From Nemertoderma westbladi (taxonomy: Eukaryota; Animalia; Xenacoelomorpha), in assembly GCA_032718475.1 (NCBI GenBank), contig JAUCBJ010001819.1, positions 1-37,568 of the forward strand: a stretch of 37,568 bases of DNA. Reading direction: 5' to 3'. A model generated the notes under the pieces. That model did not search any database and was not told the origin of the DNA. It worked only from the letters and a program-made list of their open reading frames with translations. The position numbers were made by a program, and so were the translations under genes. Positions 1 to 10,694 of the stretch are shown here, piece after piece (the stretch's first letter is position 1; every line of letters begins with the position of its first letter).

Positions 1-191
1 CCACCACTCCTCAGCCATCATTGCTTGACAATCTCCCCCATCCACCACTCCTCAGCCATCATCGCTTGACAATCTCCCCCACTCGCCACTCCTTAGCCAT
101 CATCACTTGACAATCTCTCCCACCCACCACTCCTCAGTCATCATCGCTTGACAATCTCTCCCACCCACCACTCCTTAGCCATCATCGCTTG
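1..191. repeat. 41-bp minisatellite, about 4.6 copies, continuing off the left edge
   Basis: Unit ccaccactcctcagccatcatcgcttgacaatctc(c/t)ccca(t/c) starts at 1, 42, 83, 124 and 165. Confidence 0.9.
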
Positions 192-514
192 GCTAAGGAT
201 TTGGAAGTCACCGAGAATTAATCGGAAACTTAAGGTCCGATTATTTAGAGCAGCAGTAGTTCCAGTACTCTTCTATGGGAGTCCATGCTGGGCTCAAACT
301 GCTGAGGACACCAAATCTCTGGATGGCACATTCACAAGAATGCTACGCCGGGTTCATTGTGTCAAGTACAATGCACACATCTCCAACCAGACACTATATA
401 ACATTGGAGGTGTCTCATTGGTTCCCCCAAGCACCCCATTGAGTGAATAAGCATGGTGGACAGCCCATGACTTTCTTGAGACGCATCTTTAAGGACACTG
501 GCCTTGAAGATGCG
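192..514 (+). pseudogene. RTE-type LINE ORF2 C-terminal fragment with an internal deletion
   Basis: Translation IWKSPRINRKLKVRLFRAAVVPVLFYGSPCW...TRMLRRVH is typical of the post-RT region of RTE elements; near-identical to the minus-strand fragment at 24652-25029. Confidence 0.8.
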
Positions 515-672
515 TCTCAAGAAAGTCATCATCGACAGTTATCGACTGTTACCAACACCCCATCATCATTATGATGATCGAAGGACATGTGTAGAATATT
601 GCTTACATGCAGAAAGTTACTTAGTATTATATTTTATTTAATTTCGACAACGTATCTCCCGTTTTCTATTAG

Positions 673-749
673 AACAATGTTACACTGAAAATAATTGCGA
701 GAATTTCGAAGACATCGTTGCTGATGGATTGATTAGTGATGTGGATCTG
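673..749 (+). CDS. Candidate host-gene internal exon A, (E)QCYTENNCENFEDIVADGLISDVDL; product unknown
   Basis: Acceptor ttttctattAG at 671-672, donor CTG|GTGAGT at 750, open acidic frame, ends in phase 0. Confidence 0.5.
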
Positions 750-758
750 GTGAGTAAC

Positions 759-1070
759 AATTTACTAACTAACATGGTATTTACCAACGTTAACAAAGTG
801 AGTTTTTGGTTATATAAATTTACTAACTAACATGGTATTTACCAACGTTAACAAAGTGAGTTTTTGGTTTTATCAATTTACTAACTAACATGGTATTTAA
901 CAACGTTAACAGAATGAGTTTTGGGTTATATCAATTTCCTAACTAACATGGTATTTAACAACGTTAACAGAATGAGTTTTGGGTTATATCAATTCCCTAA
1001 CTAACATGGTATTTAACAACGTTAACAGAATGAGTTTTGGGTTATATCAATTTACTAACTATCATGGTAT
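759..1070. repeat. 58-bp minisatellite, about 5.4 copies
   Basis: Unit aatttactaactaacatggtattt(a/c)caacgttaaca..tgagtttt.ggttatat repeated at a 58-bp period. Confidence 0.9.
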
Positions 1071-1116
1071 GTTTATTTATTATAATCTTTAATTATGATT
1101 AGACAAATTAACGTAA

Positions 1117-4009
1117 TTAGCTATAGCTACATAGATATTCGGTATTACGCATTGCGCAAATTCTAGAACCCTTGGCAATGGTGCAAATGGCACGCAGAAC
1201 GTAGTTATCTAGTTTGGTTATGCGGCAAAAAAGGCCAGCGACCGCCCTATAACGAATATGAATAAAAAGAGGGACATTTAAGGACCCTAAAGCTAATCGA
1301 ATGCTAGTAGTTTCATCATCAACAACTCTGGGTATATTGAAAAACCGTCTAGCACAATTATTATAAGCTACTTTGAGTTTGTTGTGAACAGACTCAGAAT
1401 AGTTTTGTCTGGCCCAAAGAGCATTGCAATATAACGGTGTACAATATGCACGAAATAAAGTAACTTTAACGGGGACAGGGCATGAACCGAATTTGCGAAT
1501 CAAAAAATTACCCCTAGAATAAAGCTTACAAGTTTGATTCCTGATATCGTAGTCGTCATCTAAAGTACTGTGTACAATATGGCCAAGATAATTAAACTTC
1601 TCAACGACTTCAATAGGAGAGCCATTAAGATAAACACTAGGGCGACAAATAATTGTCGACCCCTTAGGATACAAATATAAACACTTACTTTTCTTTTTAT
1701 TGAAAGTTATAGAATTACCTTTTGCGTAGGTAACACATATATCTATTAAGTGCTGTAAACCAAAAATAGAGTTTGAAATTAAACATAAGTCATCAGCGTA
1801 ACCAAGGTGATTAATCCTGGTTCCATCAATAACGCAACCTACATCAGCACTGGACATTTGCTTGCTTAAATCATCGATATAAATGTTGTAGAGCAAAGGC
1901 GACAAAATACCACCTTGCTTAGTACCATTGGTAACAGTAAACTTAGCAGATGTAAAACCACCCCAGATTACATGCATCGACTGAGCTCGATACCAATATA
2001 AAATAATGCGGACTACATATAATGGAAAACCCCGCGATATCAGTTTACTAAATAACTTAAAATGATTTATTTTGTCGAATGCTTTACTGGCATCCAACAT
2101 ACATACGTAAATGGGCGTATTGTTAGAAATATAGTAATTAAGTATCTCCTTAAGTGTAAAGATACATAATTCCGTACCTAATTTTGTCTTAAATCCAAAC
2201 TGATTATCAGTCGTATACATCAAGGACAAGCACCGTGCCAAAATAATATTTTCCAGTAATTTACTAAGAACAGTAGCTATCGAAATACCCCTATAATTAT
2301 CTTTGCTTGTATGGTCCCCGGTTTTATCCTTTATTAAAGGAATAATAACGGATTCCATCATAAGCTGGGGAATATAACCATGGCTGAAAATTAAGTTAAA
2401 AAATAGAGTTAAAATATTCAACAGTGGTACACAGCACCCATGGATAAAATGCTCAGCTTCAAGGCCATCAGGGCCTATTGCCTTACCGCTACACAAACTA
2501 TTAATAGCTTCAAATATTTCATTAACTACTACCTTATTTGTTTTACTAAAAGTAGTTCCCGATAACTTATTAGTTACAAACTCCTTACTACTGTCATCAG
2601 ATACTGAATTAAATAGATCACAAAAATGATCTTTCCACAACCCACAAATCTGTTCGGGACCAACTGCGTCACCTACTTTATTCGGTAGTACAGTTGTTTC
2701 CGAGCAACATTTGTGTACATCAGACCAAAAGTTCTTTATTGGGTTACCTTTATTTGAAGTACTGCCCAATAAAGACTCAGCTAATTTTGTATCACGTATG
2801 TTCTGTTCATCACGCTTACATGCCCTGAGCGCTCGTTTAAAATTGGCTTTCGACCGCAGATAATTATCGTGAATATAACCTTGCCTGGGAGACCCGGCTG
2901 ATCTCCAGGATAAAAACTTATTTCTGGCGTCGTCATGTTTCTCGCGTACAAAGTCATTCCACCCAGGGATGTGGCGTTTAGAAGATGACACAGACGTTTT
3001 ACATTTAATAGTTTCATTAGCACAAGTGTTTAAAGTATTAACTATAAAGTTAAAAATATTATCAATATCGATTCTATGAGAACTATTACTGCAATGTGGA
3101 TCTGTACAGTTTACAAATTCATTATCAACAAAATAGGTATCAAGTTGGCTTTTAACTTTAAAAGCATAATTATTAAGTGACTCAGGAGATGTCTTACACC
3201 AATCTAACTTGGGGCACCTGGGAGATGCGTTACAAGTACAATTAGCTTTAATTGCAGGCGAGGGGGAAATATAAACTGAAAAATCTACAACTAGAGGCAT
3301 GTGGTCTCTAATAGACAGTGAATAGTCCACAGAAACTGAACTAATAATACTACCAGTAGATGGAGGACACACAATATGATCCAGCCAAGATGTGCTGGAG
3401 TGTGCGTCACTTATGTACGTAAAGGTGTCCGAAGGCAGATGTTCAATATCTAATATTATTAACCCCTCGTTATTGCACCATTCGGTAAGGTGAGCATAAA
3501 AAGAGCGCGAAATATCTGGATGAGCATTAAAATCACCAATAATGCAAAAGTTAGTAAAACCAATTGATTCATAAATGGATTTTATCTCACCCAGGCAACT
3601 TGTATACAATGTGTCATTTTCTGCACATTGGTAAGGCATATAAACATTGAGTAATAATAGTTTATGTAAATTACTGAGGTTAACAACTGCACCAATAAAT
3701 CGTGAATCATTAAATTGAATAACGTTAACAGCGTGTGCAATTGTGTTTCTGTACACTACGGCTACTCCACCATAAGGGCGCCCGGATAGTATACCAGAAC
3801 TACTGCAAACAGGAGATACACCAACACCTAGAAAACCAGGGTGTAAATTATTAACAATACCAAGCTCCTGCTTGGTTACACAGTTCTTGCAGGAATAAAA
3901 TATCGGTTCCTGATTCGCACAAATTGAAAATAATTTTCTGCGAAGCCGCATTTTTAATAGAGTTGCAATTGTATGAAGTTAAACTAAGTTTCATATTATT
4001 ATTCGCCAT
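1117..4009 (-). pseudogene. LINE ORF2 (apurinic endonuclease + reverse transcriptase) with one frameshift near 3881
   Basis: N-terminus MANNNMKLSLTSYNCNSI...DILFLQEL (ATG at 4009) lies in a different frame from the 944-aa ORF; motifs GRPYGG, IGDFNAH, WLDHI, DHMPL, NYRGIS, QFGFK, LDASKAFD, QGGILSP, YADD. Confidence 0.92.
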
Positions 4010-4135
4010 TGAAAACACTAGTAAGATGATAAAAAGGAATTAATAGTATAAAAATATATATTTATAAAAGGAAAAGATGTCGGGTTATTAAAAATACACG
4101 ATAATACATGGAATATAGCCCAGTTGCGCAGTTGG

Positions 4136-5352
4136 CTACGTGGACAAACCTATTGGTTGAGTAGATTCCGAAGTGTTGGTCAAGACGACCTGGGTACCTG
4201 ACATAACAGAGTCACCGCTGGGCAGGAGTCCCGAGGAAGACCCAGGGACCTGTGGAGCTACCGGACGCCGATTCTTTGGAGGGAAATAAGAGTTGATTCT
4301 AGCATGTCGAGGCCATGTGGTGGGGTTAAAAAGAGTTTCGCGCTCGTTATCTTTGCACGTTAAGATAAAAGAAGACTGCGTGGCACCTTCCCTATTAACC
4401 AGTTCGACTGAAACGTTTAGATCAACAGTATCTTTTATATATGCTTCGATATCTTTAGGCACAACCTCGATGCCGAGCCCAGTTAAATACAGTTTTCTAA
4501 TAGGCTGCACTGTCCTGAGCGCAGTTGACGAAGATGCGCCTTCAATAGCCTAAACTTCCTCCGTTGCGGTTTTCGGCCGCCGGGGTTAGACTTAGCAACG
4601 TTGTTATTTCCGGCATGTCGTGGATGCTTAGACGCTACGGGTTTCGCCGCCCGATGTTTACCGTCTGCACCTACAACAGCAAAACTATCATCATCGTCAA
4701 TAACGATCATGCTACCAGCAGCGGATGAATTATTCCAGGTAGCATTCGTGGTTTTAGCTTTGTCAGCATAGGAGTGAATCCGTGGTTCCGAAGGAGAAGG
4801 AGTAACGACCGAACCACCTTTCTTGCCTGTACATAACGCAGCTGTTTGAGAAGCAAGAGGGGCCTCCTGTCGCCCGTAGTTTGCCTCGAGAACAGCGACC
4901 CTGTCCTGCAGCATGCTGACGGTTCGACACAGCATAGAGATGTCAGCGCTGCCTAAAGAAAACGGTGGAAGACTCGCTAGGTTGACCGGAATAAATTCAG
5001 GAATACGAGTAGCAGTAGAGTTATCGGAGGCGGAACCTCTGTCACAGAATCCCGGATACTCGAACATATCTAGGATGTCGACGACCAGATTTCGCCGTAA
5101 GGAGTCACCATTCTGGCGAACTTTAGAGAAGCTTTGCTTGGACTTGTTCCTATCCGAAGAAGGGATTAGCCCGAGGAGAACAGTCTTTGCCTCCTTCAAC
5201 AGTGCGTCGTTAAACTTCGGCCAAGATTGAACGATAGCAATTATTGTATCGTGCGTTTGCGCCTCGGCAACGTGAGATGCCCAGATGTAGGCAAGTACGT
5301 CGTTCTTTATATGATTACAGTTGCAGATATCAGGCTCCGCCGCTCGCGCCAT
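4136..5352 (-). pseudogene. LINE ORF1, frameshifted near 4551
   Basis: MARAAEPDICNC...NDVLAYI...PEFIPVNLASLPP, a coiled segment, then an RRM-like C-terminus LYLTGL...SSFILT...TWPRHARINSYF in a second frame; lies directly upstream of ORF2. Confidence 0.75.
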
Positions 5353-6563
5353 AGTGAAGTTGGCATTCACGCGAAGAAGAGAAATATAAATAGTAGGGTA
5401 AGCCCACGTTCTTAATACTGCTGTACTGTGTAAGTTATGCAAAACCGGTACAGCAGTATAGCAGTCGTACTTGGAAAACTCCATGGAAAACTCCATTACT
5501 GTATGTAATGGATTTCTCGTGCTCCTTGGATGATAAGCTCCTAAAACGGCTTTGAATCTCAAAAAGGTTCCAGGGAGTGCTTTACTTCGCTTAGTGTTTT
5601 GGTTTACCGGCTAACACAAAATATTTCCCACTAGAACACGGACCTTCAATGACTTGTTATTTACGGACATCAACAACCTTTTAATATAGTACAAAAACAC
5701 AGTGATTTTCTGTTCTTCCCAAATAATACTGTATATTGCTTCCTTCTGACATATAAAATAATGTACTGTAACACCTTAGAAAAACCCCTGGGATGAGTAA
5801 AAAGTAGAAACCGGGTGAAGGGTGCTTTGGGTCCATTAGGATCCAAAGTATAGCCTCAAAAATAATCCAAAATGCAGAGAAAAATATAGTGTTTTTAGCC
5901 GTTTTGTTATGCTAAAAATACACCGTAAAAATATACAAATAATGGGAAAAGAAAATCTAATAATTCGTGAAAAAAGCCTATAAATACTATAAGCAGGAAA
6001 AAAGTCGTACAACGTCGTAATAAACTTGGTGCTTCACACATTGTTACGGTAGTCACGGTAGTGTAGAACACCAGATAACCTTCTGAGTCCAAACAGGTGT
6101 GGGACCGATTGGATGCAAATGGTTACCTGCAATTGCTCTCAGACCATACAGTTTATCCTGGCGAGTCTGGGATAAACATATAGCCTGCGGACAGTGCACC
6201 AGCACTACCGTGATTGTCAGAGCCGGGCCGATGGAGACGCTGCCACTTTGCCTTTAGAACTAAATAGTCAGTCCCTCCCGACGTAAGTAGCCAGAGGGCA
6301 AAAGTAAGCACACAAGCAAGCGCTCCGGGCTTATTTAGCCAGTGAACTCAAACCAAGGCGGAATCGTCTTACCTTCCTGGTCCGATCACAAAGCCTTTCT
6401 CAGGCCCGACCCAGCAACAAAGACGCCCAACTTTGGAGCAGAGCTGACTTCTAGGCTAAACTTTTGCTGACTTTAGGAGCAGAGCTCATTTCAGGCAGCT
6501 GGGGTTGAAGACTCTAATTTTCTGTCCCAATGTGGCCCTTGTTTGACTTTCTTGTGCAGAGAT

Positions 6564-7083
6564 TGTTAGCTTATCCAATTCCGCTAACACAAACCCATAG
6601 AGTGAGCCATTAAGCAATATTGGGGGCCACGAGGTTGGTTACCCAATCTCGCGTCACCCCAATAAAGTGGGAAGGAGAAACACACAATAGGGGTCAGGGG
6701 CCAAACCCCTAACCGAGAGAGAACACAGGGAGTGAAGGGAAACACTCCAAAGGGTGCCAACAGGGATATTAGCCAATGGGGGGACAGCATCGACTAGGTA
6801 CTGTAACAAGGCCAAACCGTGCAATATATATTACCGGTCGATGCAATCAGTTAGTCAGTTTACTCAGTTAGTTCAGTAGGGTGGAACGGTGACTTCTATC
6901 ACCGTCCGCTACCGCCATCATACTTATCTACCGGTAACCGTGTCATACTATACTATATATATCAACTATATTATACCTTTATACATATTACCGAACATCA
7001 GAACTCTTTTACCTTTCACACACGGCGGGGACGCGTAGATAGAAAACCCAACGGATAAACCGGGATCCGTAGATCCCGTCACA
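6564..7083 (+). repeat. 5' LTR of element 1
   Basis: tgttagctta...cccgtcaca; by eye only 2 substitutions relative to the 3' LTR. Confidence 0.97.
6772..6876 (+). promoter_or_regulatory. Putative LTR core promoter (CCAAT, TATA-like element, several TCAGT initiator-like motifs)
   Basis: agccaat...tatatatta...tcagtt in the same order in all three related LTR types in the window. Confidence 0.5.
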
Positions 7084-7092
7084 GTGATAGAA
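7084..7092 (+). promoter_or_regulatory. Non-tRNA primer-binding-site position (GTGATAGAA), complementary to its own LTR at 6894-6902
   Basis: Directly follows the LTR CA, lacks TGG, and is the reverse complement of TTCTATCAC. Confidence 0.7.
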
Positions 7093-7190
7093 ATCCAGCT
7101 GCCCGAGACTGCGACTGCCAACCACAGTGATAGAACTAGATCCAACCAACTGGCCTGACAGACTGTGGCTGCCAGCCACCAAAGACGAAG

Positions 7191-10100
7191 ATGAGTCGAG
7201 AGAGAGGGACAACACCGCCGCGGACCCCGGACGGCGATCTAACGATCCGCGAGGCCGCGACGAGACGGTATAAACCCACGACGCCGGACCCATCGATAAC
7301 GGGCCATCCGGCGATCCGAGATGAGGGGGGCCGTCTACAGCGAGAGGACGAGTTTGGAGAGGAGAGAGACGAGTCGACACAGGGCGGCGGTCGATATGCC
7401 GATGTCGCCGGCCAGCCACAGGCCGAGGGCGACGGACGGCCCACCGGAACGGCAAAGGTGGGGCCGACGGTACGACGCCGAACCCGGAGGGAGAGAGGAG
7501 ATGTCGACGACGAGGACGTCGGGGTCGTCCGGCTCCGACGAGCCTACGCCGCGACCCGGGAACAACTGAAGGAAGCTAGAGGAGGGGCTGAGATAGACCA
7601 GGTGAAGTTGAGGAGACGACTAGGTGAGTCGAACAGATACTTTGATTACCTAGTGCGTTCTGGGCAGGGAGAACTGGCCGAGGAGAGAGCGAGAGGGGTT
7701 GCCTTCGAACTGTTTGGGCTATGGGAACGTAGGGGTATGGGGCCTGGTGTAGTGTACATAGGGCCATACTTAGTCGATGCCAGGGAAGTTAAGTTAGTGG
7801 GTTGGGCGGGACCGCACGAGGGCGAATCCGAGGTTAGCTCCGAGGATTCGGCCTCGTCGGTCAGCGAGGACCCCGGAAAGCGGGGGAAAGTTAGTAGGAC
7901 GGAGGGGCGGCGGGAGTCCGTCGCAACCGATAAGTCTGCTACATCCTCCGCAAAAGAAAGAAGGGTGCAGGAGATAAATCTGGCAGCGTATGAATTAAAA
8001 ACTAGAGAGATATTAGAGAGAACTAGAGAGAAATTAGAGTGGATAATGGGGAGAAGGAAGGAGCAAGAGAGTGAACGCGAAGTGCGTGAGGCAAGAGAAC
8101 AGAGCGTGCGGTACACGTACAGTACATACAGTAACCGTACGGGCGGGGGGGGGGGGGGGGGGGGGTAGTAGTAGTGCGTTAGGAAATATTGGTATTAATA
8201 GTACCGTAGTAAATAACCCTAATCCCTTCATAATAATATTAATTCAAATATTCAGAATAATCAAAATAATTCAAATAATTCGAATAGCTATTTAAATTTT
8301 GAAAATAATAATAATTCTAACTTAAATAATTTAAATAATAATCCCGTTTCAAATTCTAATAATTTAATTGATTTAACAAATAATATTGGGAATGGTGCTA
8401 TTAATGTGAACGCGTCAGACTTGTATAGCCCGGCAGACGGCAGCCTGGTAGGCCACGTAGTTAGTAGGCAGGAAGTGGCGGGGTTGAGCCAACCCGAGGT
8501 GGGCCTGGTAGGCCACGTAGTAGTAGAGAGAGAGGCGGGGGTGAATAGACCCGGCCGCAGTAGAGACAGTGTGTCGACTAGAGAGGGGTGTAGAGACGAA
8601 GTAAGAGATATTGAAGTTAGATGTGGCGGGTGGGGGGGGGGGGGCTACGGGTGCCCCACCACATGAGATTAGCGGCGAGAGAGGGGGGGCAGAGAATGCC
8701 CCACAAGAGGGGTGTAGAAGTGTAGTAAGAGGTAGTGAAGTTAGAAGTGGCGGGTGGGGGGGGGGCTACGGGCGCCCCACCACAGAAGATTAGTGGCGAG
8801 AGAAAGGGGGTAGAGAGTGTCCGACAAGAGGGACGCAGAAGTGTAGTAAGAGATAGTGAAGTTAGAAGTAGCGGGTGGGGGGGGGGGGGCTACGGGCACC
8901 CCACCGCGAGGGATTAGTAGCGAGAGAGGGGGGGCAGGGAGTGTCCCACAGGCGTCGGCGGATAATGCGCAGGCCGAATTAGGTAAACCGCAACACCCGG
9001 CGACGGAGAGTAATAGGGGGATTGCGAGTATCCCCAGCGGCGTGCGATCGAGCAGAGAGAGACAGGTTGACGTCGCGAGAGGGCGGGCGACGGAACGTCG
9101 AGCCCAGTCAGAAGAGAGAAGATTAGTAGAGTTTAATAGAGAGGTCGAAGATAGGAGAAGATTAGTAGAGTATAATGGAGAGGTCGAAGATAGAAGAAGA
9201 TTAGCAGAGTTTAACCGAGAGGTCGAAGAGAGAAGAAAGGAAGATAATAGAAGAGTCGTTGCTAGGAGCAACCAGAGAGCGAGGACGGATAGCGAGCCGT
9301 CGATAGTAGAGATGGAGCTAGGGAGTCAGTGGGGTCGAACATCGGGAGATTGCCGTCGCCCCGGAGAAACGCACCACACACCAAGAGAGGGGTACAGGAC
9401 GTACCGATACGAAGAAGAGAACAGGAATGGGGATCAAAGAGAAGCTTCCCGACGGGATATAGCTGCCGATCGAGAGTACGGTAGTCGCGGGGAGATTCGA
9501 GATTCGAGAAGAATAAACTTCGATTCGGAAGGGCACATGCAGACTGCAGGACATACTGTAGGCCTTACTGCACATACTATTATAGGCCATGCTAGAGTAG
9601 GCGATAGGGTAGCGCGGACGACGGGATTAAACCCGGAAGTCGCGGAGTACATACCGGTAGGTAGGCAAGAAGTGAATAGGCCTATATCGGTACCGGTACA
9701 GCAGCATGACTATAATTTCCAGGGATACAACATATATCCAGGGGAGGGGGGAATTATTGCAGATAGATGTATGGGCCCCAATATATTAACATCAACCCCA
9801 GTACCAAACATACCGGCCGGGGGGGGGACAGGGTGACATTCCCCCATCACAATATCGACAATATACCCCAATAGGAGCGAGAACATCGAACCCCTTGGAC
9901 GAGAGAAGGTTGTGCGGACAGTCGCTACCACACGCGGCCATACAGGCTGGTAGTAGGGCCACACTGTGGCAGGGACAGAAAGAAAATAACACCAAAAATA
10001 AACATAATCCCAATATACCCAGTAGGCCGAGTGTAGACAATCGAAACACTAAATCGGTACATATAAACCTAGGCGCGATACGTGAAGGACTATACAGGAA

Positions 10101-10380
10101 ACGCTATAATCCAGGATTCGAATGTCAATTACATCGGGACGGAACCCATAAGACCAGGAGTTGTAAGTACTGGCAAGCGTTGCCCAAACGAGATCGTGTA
10201 GCCTACACAGACGCAAATGGACTATGTCATCGATGTGTGGTAAAAGGACACAGATCCGGAGAGTGTTGGAAAGGGAGAGGATGTGAAAGCACTAAACCAG
10301 GGGCAGAGAAGCCCATGAGTAAACATAAAGGAGTCGGGAAAGTAGAAGAGGAGGCGTGTTGCATACACACGCAGGACTAA
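7191..10380 (+). pseudogene. Fragmented gag-like coding region of element 1 (ORFs 7191-8168, 8856-9836, 9895-10380)
   Basis: ATG about 110 nt after the LTR and conserved with element 2; several frame breaks at poly-G runs; C-terminal CQLHRDGTHKTRSC...R...LCHRCVVKGHRSGECWKGRGC matches the BEL/Pao gag knuckle pattern. Confidence 0.7.
8540..8950. repeat. About 123-bp tandem repeat (3 copies) inside the gag-like region
   Basis: gaagttaga.gt.gcgggtgggggggggctacggg..cccca repeated near 8613, 8737 and 8858. Confidence 0.85.
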
Positions 10381-10694
10381 CACAGTGCGAGGGGGCATTA
10401 CATGGGCAGACGCCGTGTATACCGAGGGACAAGCGGGGGTCGTCGAGGCCTTTAATGCCAGCGCACATACAAAGGGGGAGGCCAGCAGAGGTAGTACCGA
10501 AGAGAATGTGGCGAAGAGTTAGAGGACGTATAGGAGGGCAGCGGGAGAGTGCCTACTGGAAGAAGGGGCACCAGAGAGTTTTTATTCGTCCAAAGTTTTG
10601 GACTGAGGGGGGTGGGAATGAGGGCGAGACGCCCTTCCCACGCATAAAATACAAAATAATTATTTAATTAAAAACAATAAAATAATTAAATAAT

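Larger units (their letters stand above)
1071..5410 (-). mobile_element. Near full-length two-ORF non-LTR retrotransposon (APE-RT LINE, possibly RTEX-like); 5' boundary approximate
   Basis: ORF1, AT-rich spacer, EN-RT ORF2, short 3' UTR ending ataataaataaac; no TSD identified. Confidence 0.9.

Noticed and set aside
5353-5562. N-terminal extension of LINE ORF1 given by the ORF track
   Set aside because: Starts at a TTG probably outside the element; the ATG at 5352 is more plausible.
5560-6558. Unassigned sequence continuing at 12962-13338, with a small hairpin gtttatcc...ggataaac
   Set aside because: Probably decayed repeat, but I found no motif, TIR pair or ORF that I can support.
6584-6790. 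68-aa minus-strand ORF duplicated at 12457-12663
   Set aside because: The duplication simply reflects the two LTRs; there is no coding evidence.
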